Shown here: in pieces, positions 9,679 to 18,278 of the stretch
Layout: every line of letters begins with the position of its first letter
Position numbering within the stretch: the first letter of the stretch is position 1
NCBI GenBank assembly: GCA_963849615.1
Contig: CAWKIC010000026.1
Location: 48-64,047 of the forward strand
Origin: an uncultured Bacteroidales bacterium
GTDB taxonomy: Bacteria; Bacteroidota; Bacteroidia; Bacteroidales; VadinHA17
Reading direction: 5' to 3'
DNA: 64,000 nt
Position numbers and translations under genes: made by a program
The notes under the pieces: generated by a model
What the model saw: only the letters and a program-made list of their open reading frames with translations
The model's database searches: none
Told to the model about the DNA's origin: nothing

Positions 9679-10065
9679 ATGTCTTACTTTCTAAAATGTG
9701 CTAAAATGACAACAATTAAGAATTTTGAAGAATTGGATATCTGGATGATGTCCAGAGAATTAGTTAACCTGGTATATTCTGATTTCAGAAAATGTAAGGA
9801 TTTCATTTTTAAGAATCAAATAACGGGTGCCGGTATTTCTACTATGAATAATATATCTGAGGGTTTCTGCAGAAATAGTGATGCTGAATTCCGTCAGTTT
9901 CTTAACATATCTAAAGGATCAACTGGTGAAGTTAAGAATATGTATTATATAGCTGAAGACCAAGCATATGTCTCCTCGGATATTGCTCTGGACAGAAGAC
10001 AAAAATGCCAGAATTTGATAAATGCCACCAGCAGCCTCATGAAGTATCTTAAAACCGGCAGATAA
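9679..10065 (+). CDS. Four-helix-bundle protein (23S rRNA intervening-sequence protein family). The likely true start is the ATG at 9706.
   Basis: IKNFEELDIWMMSRELVNLVY...NNISEGFCRNSDAEFRQFLNISKGSTGEVKNMYYIAED matches the family pattern (F.dL.vW, I.EG..R.s..ef..FL.iA.GS..E). Confidence 0.8.
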   Translation: MSYFLKCAKMTTIKNFEELDIWMMSRELVNLVYSDFRKCKDFIFKNQITGAGISTMNNISEGFCRNSDAEFRQFLNISKGSTGEVKNMYYIAEDQAYVSSDIALDRRQKCQNLINATSSLMKYLKTGR

Positions 10066-10119
10066 GCTGACCGCATGACTGCAGGACCGCACGACCGCAG
10101 GACACCAGGACCGCAAGAC
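10066..10119. repeat. About 6.5 tandem 8-mers complementary to the 9502-9637 array
   Basis: atgactgc aggaccgc acgaccgc aggacacc aggaccgc aagac is the reverse complement of the upstream 8-mers. Confidence 0.9.
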
Positions 10120-10120
10120 T

Positions 10121-10537
10121 TTAATCTCCGATTATCTTGACCAGAACCCGCTTGCGTCTCTTGCCGTCAAACTCACCGTAGAAGATCTGCTCCCAGGGGC
10201 CGAAATCCAACCTGCCCCCGGTAACCGCAACAACTACTTCACGTCCCATCAGAGTCCGCTTAATGTGAGCATCAGCGTTATCCTCAAATCCATTATGCTT
10301 GTACTGGTTGTAGGGTTTCTCCGGAGCCAGTTTCTCAAGCCAGACCTCAAAATCATGATGCAATCCTGCTTCGTCATCATTGATGAAAACACTTGCTGTA
10401 ATGTGCATCGGGTTACAAAGCAGAAGCCCTTCTTGAATTCCGCTTTCGGCAAGACATCTTTCAACCTGATCAGTAATATTTATAAAACCCCGTCGTGTTG
10501 AAGTCTCAAACCAGAGTTCTTTACGATATGATTTCAT
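10121..10537 (-). CDS. yjbQ: YjbQ/UPF0047 family protein (secondary thiamine-phosphate synthase)
   Basis: The 138-aa product contains FINITDQV...[12 protein letters not shown]...[39 protein letters not shown]. Confidence 0.85.
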   Translation of the reverse strand: MKSYRKELWFETSTRRGFINITDQVERCLAESGIQEGLLLCNPMHITASVFINDDEAGLHHDFEVWLEKLAPEKPYNQYKHNGFEDNADAHIKRTLMGREVVVAVTGGRLDFGPWEQIFYGEFDGKRRKRVLVKIIGD

Positions 10538-10648
10538 ATTTTGCGATATTTATTTGAAATCCAATTTACAACTGATGGCACAGGTTATCACGGAGTTAGG
10601 CTCAGAGTTCTTAATCCGTGCAAATCCGTGTAATCCGTCCTGAAAATA

Positions 10649-12384
10649 TTAATCAAGCTTCATATCTCTGATAATATCAGCTATTCGTATTTCGAGAAGT
10701 TTATCCCTTTCATCAAACTTGTTTGCGGATTCCAGTTTTGTATTAACACTGAAATAAAACTTGATCTTGGGTTCGGTTCCTGAAGGTCTTACGGAGATTT
10801 TTGATCCGTCTTCAAGGAAGAATTGTAGTACATCGGATTGCAAAAGGTCAATTTTGCTTTTTGCACCGGTCAGGCAATTGGTAGAGATCAGCGGTCTCGT
10901 AGTCATTGATCTTAATAACTTTACTGCTGTTAATGGATTCTGGCGGATTATTTCTGTACTCATTCATCATTGCTTTGATTTCCGAAGCGCCCTCCTGACC
11001 TTTACGAACGATATTATGGAGCTTTTCTTTATACAATCCATACTCAAGATAAATATCAATCAACATTTCGTAAAGTGACTTCCCGCTGCTTTTTGCCCAT
11101 GCTGCCACTTCGGCTGTCATGGCACATGAACCGACAGCATCTTTATCCCTTACATAATCGCCCGGAAGGAATCCGTAACTTTCTTCGCCACCCCCTATAA
11201 ATTTCTCTTTCCCTTCAAGATTCCGGATGAGTTCAGCAAAGAACTTAAATCCAGTCAGAACATTATAGCATTTAACATTATAGCTTTCTGCGATCCTGTC
11301 AAGCAGGTCTGTTGTCACTATTGTCTTGATGATGTACTCATTGCCTTTATATTTCTTCTTTTGTTGAAATTGCGAAAGGATATATTTAGTAAGCAGAACA
11401 CCAGTTTGGTTCCCGTTTAGCAGCACAAATTCTCCCTTTCTATTTCTTACGGCTATCCCTAACCTGTCAGCATCGGGATCCGTTGCCATTACCAGTTCTG
11501 CACCGGTTTCTGTTGCCTTTTTAATAGCAAGAGAAAGAGCAGCAGGTTCTTCCGGGTTTGGTGACTTGACTGTCGGGAAATTCCCGTCCGTGATATCCTG
11601 TTCAGGAACATTCTGAATATTCTTAAATCCAAACATCCTGAGCGCTTTAGGTACTAACGTTCCACCAGTACCATGTATTGGAGTGTAGACAATCCCGATA
11701 TTTTCATTCTTTCGGATTATTTCAGGATTAAGGCTCATTTTCAGGACTTCCGCAAGAAAGAGATCATCGGTTTCTTTTCCGATTATCCTGATCTTCTCTT
11801 TTTTGCCGTTAAACTTAATTTCAGATACTGATTTTATTTTCCTGACTTCTTCAATGATACCTTCATCATGGGGCGCAACAACCTGGCCGCCGTCATTCCA
11901 GTAAGCCTTATATCCGTTGTACTCCGGTGGATTATGCGAGGCAGTAATAACCACGCCGCTCTGACATTTATAATGCCGGATCGCAAATGATAATTCAGGG
12001 GTCGGACGAAGTGCTTCAAAGAGATAGACCTCAAACCCATTTGCTGTAAAGATATCGGCAGTAGTCTCGGCAAAGAGTCTGCTGTTATTCCTGCAATCAT
12101 GGGCAATTGCAACCTTAATTCCGACTTTGCCGCATTCCTTTATTATATAATTCGACAGTCCCTGGGTAGCCATACCGAGTGTGTAAATATTCATCCGGTT
12201 TGTGCCGGCTCCCATAATGCCTCTGAGTCCGCCTGTGCCGAATTCAAGATCCTGGTAAAAAGCATCAATAAGCTTTTTTTCATCCGTTTCAAGCATATTC
12301 CTGACTTCCTTCCGGGTCTCCTCATTGAATTCAGGTCCAAGCCATTGCAGTGGCTTTGTTTCTAATTTCGTCTGTTGATGGCAT
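10649..12384 (-). CDS. pgm: Phosphoglucomutase/phosphomannomutase family (phospho-sugar mutase) with at least 2 frameshifts, near 12330 and near 10890
   Basis: LEFGTGGLRG, TASHNPPEYNGYK, DPDADR, GGEESYG, and the C-terminal piece SDVLQFFLEDGSKISVRPSGTEPKIKFY in ORF 10649..10963. The N-terminal MPSTDEIRNKA start at 12384 is out of frame with PLQWLGPEFNEETRKEV. Confidence 0.8.
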
Positions 12385-12423
12385 ATTTTTGAAATTTAAA
12401 TTTTTACCTGCTTATAACTTTTA

Positions 12424-12971
12424 TTTCTCGCAGAGTTCTCGCAGATTTAAATCCGCAGAGTCTCGCAGAGTCCCTCGCTCCCTCGCTCCCTCGCTCCCTC
12501 GCTCAAATCGGAAATCTCCTGTTATTTGAAAAGCCAAAAGTCCCCTTTAGGGGATTTAGGGGTGGTCTGTTGTTTGGTTCTCGCAATTCTCGCTGATTTA
12601 AATCCGCAGAGTCCCTCGCTCCCTCGCTCCCTCGCTCCATCTCTCCCTCTCCCTTTCTCCCCTTCTCCCTTTCTCACCTTCTCTCCCTCGCTCCCTCGTT
12701 CCCTCGCTCAAATCGGAAATCTCCTGTTATCTGAAAAGCCAAAAGTCCCCTTTAGGGGATTTAGGGGTGGTCTTCTTTTTATTTCTCGCAGATTTTCGCT
12801 GATTTAGAGTCCGTCGCTCCCTCGCTCCCCCGCTCCATCTCTCCCTCTCCCTTTCTCCCCTTCTCCCTTTCTCCCACTCTCTCCCTCGCTCCCTAGCTCC
12901 CTCGCTCAAATCGGAAATCTCCTGTTATCTGAAAAGCCAGAAGTCCCCTTTAGGGGATTTAGGGGTGGTCT
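12424..12971. repeat. Three tandem composite super-units of about 145, 205 and 198 bp
   Basis: Each super-unit has, in order: ttctcgcaga..aaatccgcagag; (CCCTCGCT)n; optionally ccatctctccctctccctttctcc..; (CCCTCGCT)n; and caaatcggaaatctcctgttatctgaaaagccaaaagtcccctttaggggatttaggggtggtc. Confidence 0.9.
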
Positions 12972-13840
12972 TACCTCATCAGAAGTCTCATACATCTACT
13001 CAAACCCGATCTCCAGTGAGGTATCTCAATAGTGTAATTCTCCTTTATTTTACTTTTATCAAGAACAGAATAAAACGGTCGTTGAACGATTGATGGATAC
13101 TCTTTCGACAGGATCGGGACAACCCTGCATTTTAATCCTGCTTCAAGAACTATTTCATTTGCAAGATCATACCAGCTGCATACACCCTCATTTGAATAGT
13201 GGTAAATTCCGGCATTGAAGGCAATCTGGTTCCTTATCACCCTTGAGATTATTAACATGATTGTATCGGCAAGATCAGCCGCATAGGTGGGAGTACCGGT
13301 CTGATCAAATACAACCCTGAGTGAATCTTTCTCCGCACCGTTCTTTAGAATTGTCTTAACAAAATTATTGCCCCAGGAAGAGTATAGCCATGATGTCCTG
13401 AGTATTATGGACAGATAGTGGGTTAATGCAAAACGTTCTCCTTCGGACTTTGATTTTGCGTAGGCTGATAATGGATTGGGCACTGAGTATTCGTTATATG
13501 GGACGTTCGATTTCCCGTCAAACACATAATCTGTCGAAATATGAATAAGCCTGCACTCTGATCCTCTAATGGCGGTTACAATGTTTTTAACACCGGCAGC
13601 ATTAACCAGCATTGCTTTATCAGGCTCTGACTCAGCCTTATCAACAAAATTATAGGATGCACAGTTAATAATCCAATCGGGTTTGTTTTTGCTGATAAAT
13701 TCTTTGACTTCCTTTTCGATTGTAACATCAAGTGTTTCATTATCAGTGAAGATATACTCATAACCGAAATAGTTCTTCGATGAAACCCTGAGTTCACTTC
13801 CGAGCTGACCCGATGCACCTGTTACTAATATGACCGCCAT
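12971..13840 (-). CDS. rfbD: dTDP-4-dehydrorhamnose reductase
   Basis: 289 aa starting MAVILVTGASGQLGSEL, with STDYVFDG. It sits in the rfb context. Confidence 0.9.
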   Translation of the reverse strand: MAVILVTGASGQLGSELRVSSKNYFGYEYIFTDNETLDVTIEKEVKEFISKNKPDWIINCASYNFVDKAESEPDKAMLVNAAGVKNIVTAIRGSECRLIHISTDYVFDGKSNVPYNEYSVPNPLSAYAKSKSEGERFALTHYLSIILRTSWLYSSWGNNFVKTILKNGAEKDSLRVVFDQTGTPTYAADLADTIMLIISRVIRNQIAFNAGIYHYSNEGVCSWYDLANEIVLEAGLKCRVVPILSKEYPSIVQRPFYSVLDKSKIKENYTIEIPHWRSGLSRCMRLLMR

Positions 13841-13885
13841 TTATAATGTTTCTAGTGAATATTAATGTTTCCAAATCAGTCCGTC

Positions 13886-13996
13886 TCCTCTCCACCTCTC
13901 CCCTAAATCCCACTCCCCCGTGTGGGAGGGGCTTAAAAACCAGTAGTTAAGCCCCTCTCACTCCGGGAGAGGGGGATTTAGGGGGTGAGGTGGAGG
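13886..13996. repeat. About 110-bp composite palindromic element (family J)
   Basis: The terminal inverted repeats are cctccacctctcccctaaatccc and gggatttagggggtgaggtggagg. They enclose two hairpins, CTCCC ccgtgt GGGAG and CCCCTCTC actccgg GAGAGGGG. Confidence 0.85.
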
Positions 13997-13998
13997 TC

Positions 13999-14547
13999 TC
14001 AGAAATTATTCTCCGCATCCCTTAAATTCGGATGCCTTAAATCCTTGTCGCTGATTATCGACTTTACCTTGCCAAGTTTCCAATCGATATTCAGTTCAGG
14101 ATCAGCTAACGAAATACCACATTCATATTTTGGATTATAAACATTATCACATTTGTACTGAATTATAGTTGTATCACTCAATACTGAGAATCCGTGAGCA
14201 AATCCCCGTGGAATAAAAAGCTGATTCTTGTTTTCCGAATCAAGCTCAATTCCGAACCATTTTCCAAAAGTAGGGGAGTCCCTTCGCAGATCCACAGCAA
14301 CATCAAGCACTTTACCAATAACCACACGTATCAGTTTCGCCTGATCAAAAGGCTTTAACTGGTAGTGAAGGCCTCTTATCACACCCATAACAGATTTTGA
14401 CTCATTGTCCTGGACAGGTAAAAAAGAGATACCTGCCTTTAAAAAGATATCATGTCTATAGCTTTCAAAAAAGTAACCTCTGCTGTCAGTAAAAACTTTA
14501 GGTTGAATTACGCATAAACCGACAAATTCAGTCTCGATTATTTTCAT
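13999..14547 (-). CDS. rfbC: dTDP-4-dehydrorhamnose 3,5-epimerase
   Basis: 182 aa containing FTDSRGYFFESY...IRGLHYQ...QAKLIRV..G.VLDVAVDLR..SPTFGKW...FIPRGFAHGF. Confidence 0.92.
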   Translation of the reverse strand: MKIIETEFVGLCVIQPKVFTDSRGYFFESYRHDIFLKAGISFLPVQDNESKSVMGVIRGLHYQLKPFDQAKLIRVVIGKVLDVAVDLRRDSPTFGKWFGIELDSENKNQLFIPRGFAHGFSVLSDTTIIQYKCDNVYNPKYECGISLADPELNIDWKLGKVKSIISDKDLRHPNLRDAENNF

Positions 14548-14604
14548 TTAGTTTGTTTAAAAAGTTTTACTTGCTGTGTACTGGTTTCTTGTTGCAACTG
14601 AACC

Positions 14605-14653
14605 CGCAACCCGCAACACGCAACCAGCAACCAGCAACCAGCAACCAGCAACC
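14605..14653. repeat. 7 tandem 7-mers (C/A)GCAACC
   Basis: cgcaacc cgcaaca cgcaacc agcaacc x4, read directly. Confidence 0.9.
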
Positions 14654-14662
14654 TGATTTATT

Positions 14663-15550
14663 CTACTCCACAAATCCGCTGCCTTCATCCAAAGCGATTT
14701 TAAGCAGATACTTCCCATACTGGCTTTTCTTTACCGGTTCGGCGAGTTCAATCAATTGTTCTTTATTAATGAATCCTCTCTTATAGGCTATTTCTTCGAC
14801 GCACGAGGCTTTCAGGCCCTGCCTCTGTTCAAGGGTTGCAATAAAATTAGCAGCCTGCAAAAGACTCTCATAGGTTCCGGTATCAAGCCAGGCCATTCCT
14901 CTTCCCATTATACGGACCTCAAGGTTACCCTCTTCCAGAAAAAGCCTGTTCAGGTCTGTGATCTCAAGTTCACCTCTTGGAGAGGGTTTAAGTGACTTTG
15001 CTTTTTTTACTACCGAGTTATCATAAAAATAGAGACCTGTTACAGCATAATTTGATTTTGGCTTTGAAGGCTTTTCTTCAATGCTTATTGCTTTCCTGCT
15101 GCTGTTAAATTCCACAACGCCATACCTCTCGGGGTCTGTGACATAATATCCGAAAACACAGGCCCCTTTCTCCAGTCTGGATGTTTTCTGGAGAATATCC
15201 CCGAATCCGTGACCGTAGAAAATATTATCGCCAAGGATCATGCAGACGGAGTCATTGCCAATAAATTCCTCACCGATTATAAATGCCTGTGCCAGGCCGT
15301 CAGGGGAGACCTGTTGAAGATAGCTGAATTTAATCCCGAGCGAGGAGCCATCCCCGAGGAGGCATCTGAAACCCGGAAGGTCCCTTGGAGTTGATATGAT
15401 CAGAATATCCCTTATGTCCGCCAGCATTAAAACTGATAAAGGATAATAGATCATCGGCTTATCATATACAGGAAGCATCTGCTTCGATATCGCGCTGGTA
15501 ATCGGATATAGTCGCGTCCCAGAACCCCCTGCAAGTATAATTCCTTTCAT
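14663..15550 (-). CDS. rfbA: Glucose-1-phosphate thymidylyltransferase
   Basis: 295 aa starting [36 protein letters not shown]. Confidence 0.92.
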   Translation of the reverse strand: MKGIILAGGSGTRLYPITSAISKQMLPVYDKPMIYYPLSVLMLADIRDILIISTPRDLPGFRCLLGDGSSLGIKFSYLQQVSPDGLAQAFIIGEEFIGNDSVCMILGDNIFYGHGFGDILQKTSRLEKGACVFGYYVTDPERYGVVEFNSSRKAISIEEKPSKPKSNYAVTGLYFYDNSVVKKAKSLKPSPRGELEITDLNRLFLEEGNLEVRIMGRGMAWLDTGTYESLLQAANFIATLEQRQGLKASCVEEIAYKRGFINKEQLIELAEPVKKSQYGKYLLKIALDEGSGFVE

Positions 15551-15589
15551 CTTTTCGATACTTTTATCTTTGGTTTCATCATCAGGCTG

Positions 15590-15846
15590 AAACTTTCCCC
15601 TCGTCTCTTAGTCCCTTAGTCTCTTAGTCCCTTAGTCTCTTAGTCGCTCCCTCGCTCCATCGCTCCATCGCTTTCTTCCCCTCGTCTCTTAGTCCCTTAG
15701 TCTCTAGTCGCTCCCTCGCTCCCTCGCTCCCTCGCTCCCTCGCTCCCTCGCTTTCTTCCCCTCGTCTCTTAGTCCCTTAGTCTCTTAGTCTCTTAGTCCC
15801 TTAGTCTCTTAGTCGCTCCCTCGCTCCCTCGCTCCCTCGCTCCCTC
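15590..15846. repeat. Three super-units of (CTTAGTC[C/T])n followed by (CCCTCGCT / CCATCGCT)n
   Basis: Alternating blocks of two 8-mer microsatellites, read directly. Confidence 0.9.
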
Positions 15847-17158
15847 ACTTCCTCCCTATCCCGAAATACTCAAACCCCTGTCTTTTAATCTCCGCAGGAT
15901 CGTAAATATTCCTGCCGTCGAAAATGACTCTGGTGCTCATCAGCTCAGACATTTTCCTGAAATCAGGAAGGTGGAACTCCGCCCATTCAGTCATAAGCGC
16001 CAGTGCATCAGCCCCTTTAATGGCATCATAGGGATCGGTAGCATAATAGATCTGGTTCCCGCGCTGCTTTTTGGTTTCTTCCATGGCTTCCGGATCATAC
16101 GCTCTGACAGTTGCTCCTGCGGCGATTAGCTTGTCAATGAGGTGGAGAGATGACGACTCCCGGATATCATCAGTTTTGGGTTTAAAGGATAATCCCCAGA
16201 TCCCTATAGTCCTGCCCTTCAGACTATTGTTGAAATACTTATTCATCTTGTTGAATACCACATTTTTCTGATATTCATTTGCTTTTTCAACTGCTGTAAT
16301 GACTTTAAGTTCATAACCGTGATCGGATGCTGTTTTAATAATTGCCTTAACATCCTTTGGGAAACACGATCCGCCGAATCCGGCGCCGGGATAAAGGAAC
16401 TTACTTCCGATCCTGGAGTCGCTTCCTATGCCCTTTCTGACATTATTGATATCGGCTCCGAGGATCTCGCAAAGATTGGCAAGCTCATTAATGAAGCTTA
16501 TCCGGGTGGCCAGCATTGAATTTGCAGCATATTTCGTAAGTTCGGCTGAGGCAATATCCATCAACAGAACAGGATGGTTATTGAGCACAAAAGGATTATA
16601 GAGCCTTTTCATAAGCTCTCCTGCTTTTTCATTATCAACCCCGATTATTATCCTTTCAGGTCTCAGAAAATCTTCAACAGCTGCTCCTTCCTTCAGGAAT
16701 TCAGGATTTGAGGCCATGTCAAAAGAGACATTAACTTTCCTTTTATCAAGCTCCGCCTGGATTGTATGTCTTACCTTTTCGGCTGTTCCAACGGGAACTG
16801 TGCTTTTAGTGGCTATTACGACATATTCATTCAGTAATCTTCCTATATCGGCGGCGACAGCCAGAACATGTTTCAGATCAGCGCTGCCATCCTCACCCGG
16901 GGGGGTACCGACAGCAATGAAAATTATTTCAGATCCGGTTATATCTCCGATATTGTTTGTAAAAATAAGCTTTCCCTTTTCAACATTCCTTTTTAAAAGC
17001 GGCTCAAGACCCGGTTCAAAGATGGGAACTGTTCCGTTTTGAAGAAGCTGAATTTTCCTGATGTCATTATCTACACAAACGACATTTACTCCGCTCTCGG
17101 ATAAACAAGTGCCCGTGACCAGTCCCACATAACCGGTACCAATAACTGCAATCTTCAT
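15845..17158 (-). CDS. ugd: UDP-glucose 6-dehydrogenase
   Basis: MKIAVIGTGYVGLVTG starts at 17158, and GGSCFPKD is present. The track ORF extends upstream to 17245, but that part is repeat-adjacent and unlikely to be coding. Confidence 0.9.
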   Translation of the reverse strand: MKIAVIGTGYVGLVTGTCLSESGVNVVCVDNDIRKIQLLQNGTVPIFEPGLEPLLKRNVEKGKLIFTNNIGDITGSEIIFIAVGTPPGEDGSADLKHVLAVAADIGRLLNEYVVIATKSTVPVGTAEKVRHTIQAELDKRKVNVSFDMASNPEFLKEGAAVEDFLRPERIIIGVDNEKAGELMKRLYNPFVLNNHPVLLMDIASAELTKYAANSMLATRISFINELANLCEILGADINNVRKGIGSDSRIGSKFLYPGAGFGGSCFPKDVKAIIKTASDHGYELKVITAVEKANEYQKNVVFNKMNKYFNNSLKGRTIGIWGLSFKPKTDDIRESSSLHLIDKLIAAGATVRAYDPEAMEETKKQRGNQIYYATDPYDAIKGADALALMTEWAEFHLPDFRKMSELMSTRVIFDGRNIYDPAEIKRQGFEYFGIGRK

Positions 17159-17257
17159 AAACCCCGATGATTTGTTGCTAAATTTTAATCTTTGTACAAA
17201 GATAATAGAACATATTAATAATGGAAATGAGCTTTCATTTGTCAACGGAGTCCATCC

Positions 17258-17520
17258 CGCTCCCTCGCTTCCTCGCTCCCTCGCTCTGGGTTATCTACCT
17301 GGAACTTTTTATTTCTCGCAGAGTATCGCAGATTTAAATCCGCAGAGTTTCGCAGAGTCGCTCAAGTCGGAAATCTCCTGTCATCCGAAAAGCCAAAAGT
17401 CCCCTTTAGGGGATTTAGGGGTGGTCTGGCGAATCCGAAAAGTTTCGCAAAGTTTAATCCGCATATTTTCGCAGAATCCTTCTCCCTTTCCTTCCCCTTC
17501 GCTTCTTCGCTCCCCATAGC
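17258..17520. repeat. Composite repeat of the same module order as 12424-12971, plus degenerate copies
   Basis: (ccctcgct)n is followed by tttctcgcagagtatcgcagatttaaatccgcagag and then gctcaagtcggaaatctcctgtcatccgaaaagccaaaagtcccctttaggggatttaggggtggtc. Confidence 0.85.
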
Positions 17521-17580
17521 CGATCTTAAGTGGTTGTCTGTCGTGGGTTACAGTGAAAGTAATTTTAACTAGTTAACTCA

Positions 17581-17727
17581 AGTTGCTAGTTGCTGGTTCC
17601 TTGTTACTGGTTAGTTGTTGATTAACAGAATAATAAGCGATTTTGTTAAAATGTATTAAATATTTTTGCATTTATCATGATGCTCATTATCAAATAACTA
17701 GCAACCAGCAACAAGCAACTAGCAACT
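17581..17727. repeat. Long imperfect hairpin with arms built from tandem 7-mers (GTTGCTN / NAGCAAC) around an AT-rich loop of about 70 nt
   Basis: The left arm is agttgctagttgctggttccttgttactggttagttgttg. The right arm is caaataactagcaaccagcaacaagcaactagcaact. Confidence 0.8.
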
Positions 17728-17749
17728 TAGGTTAGTTAGTATATGATTG

Positions 17750-18146
17750 ATTTCTCGCAGATTTTCGCAGATTTAAATCCGCAGATTTTCGCAGAACGGA
17801 AGCTCCTCTTATTGCAGAAGCCAAAAGTCCCCTTTAGGGGATTTAGGGGTGGTCTGGGTAATCTGCAGAGACTCTTTGAGTTATTGGATAAAGCCAAAAG
17901 TCCCCTTTAGGGGATTTAGGGGTGGTCTGTGTAATCCGCAGTGTCTCTTTGAGTTATTGCAGAAGCCAAAAGTCCCCTTTAGGGGATTTAGGGGTGGTCT
18001 GTGTAATCCGCAGTGTCTCTTTGAGTTATTGGATAAAGCCAAAAGTCCCCTTTAGGGGATTTAGAGGTGATCCGGGATAAAGCCAAAAGTCCACTTTAGG
18101 CCTGCCTGCCAGTAGGCAGGGGATTAGGGGTGGTCTGCTTCTTCCT
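17750..18146. repeat. cgcagat module followed by about 4.5 tandem 72-bp units, each containing the family-A palindrome
   Basis: Family-A cores begin at about 17829, 17901, 17973, 18047 and 18090. The last has a gcctgcctgccagtaggcagg hairpin inserted in its loop. Confidence 0.9.
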
Positions 18147-18208
18147 GAAAGCTGATACCTGTCATATGAAAATCCCATATTTTGTTAGCTATATTTATAA
18201 AAAACTGA

Positions 18209-18216
18209 TATCTTTG
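18209..18216 (+). promoter_or_regulatory. Bacteroidota -7 promoter element TAtcTTTG upstream of rpsA
   Basis: tatctttgcagac matches the TAnnTTTG consensus. An identical 13-mer lies upstream of guaA. Confidence 0.45.
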
Positions 18217-18278
18217 CAGACTATTTTTTACAACATAATGTCTAACTTATTAATTATTAGTACTTTTTAATTACAATT

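Noticed and set aside
8085-10537. RecD-like helicase plus a small neighbouring gene as a defence or TA-like module
   Set aside because: The neighbouring ORF belongs to the four-helix-bundle IVS-protein family embedded in its own repeat cassette, and yjbQ is convergent housekeeping. There is no nuclease, methylase or toxin partner, and no operon structure links them.
12526-12909. ORFs translating to Pro/Ser/Leu-rich peptides (12526..12807 plus, 12727..12909 minus). Similar ones lie at 17172..17519, 17849..18055 and 14553..14786.
   Set aside because: They lie wholly in microsatellite and palindromic repeats. Their periodic peptide sequence simply mirrors the DNA repeat, and no start context or homolog-like features are present.
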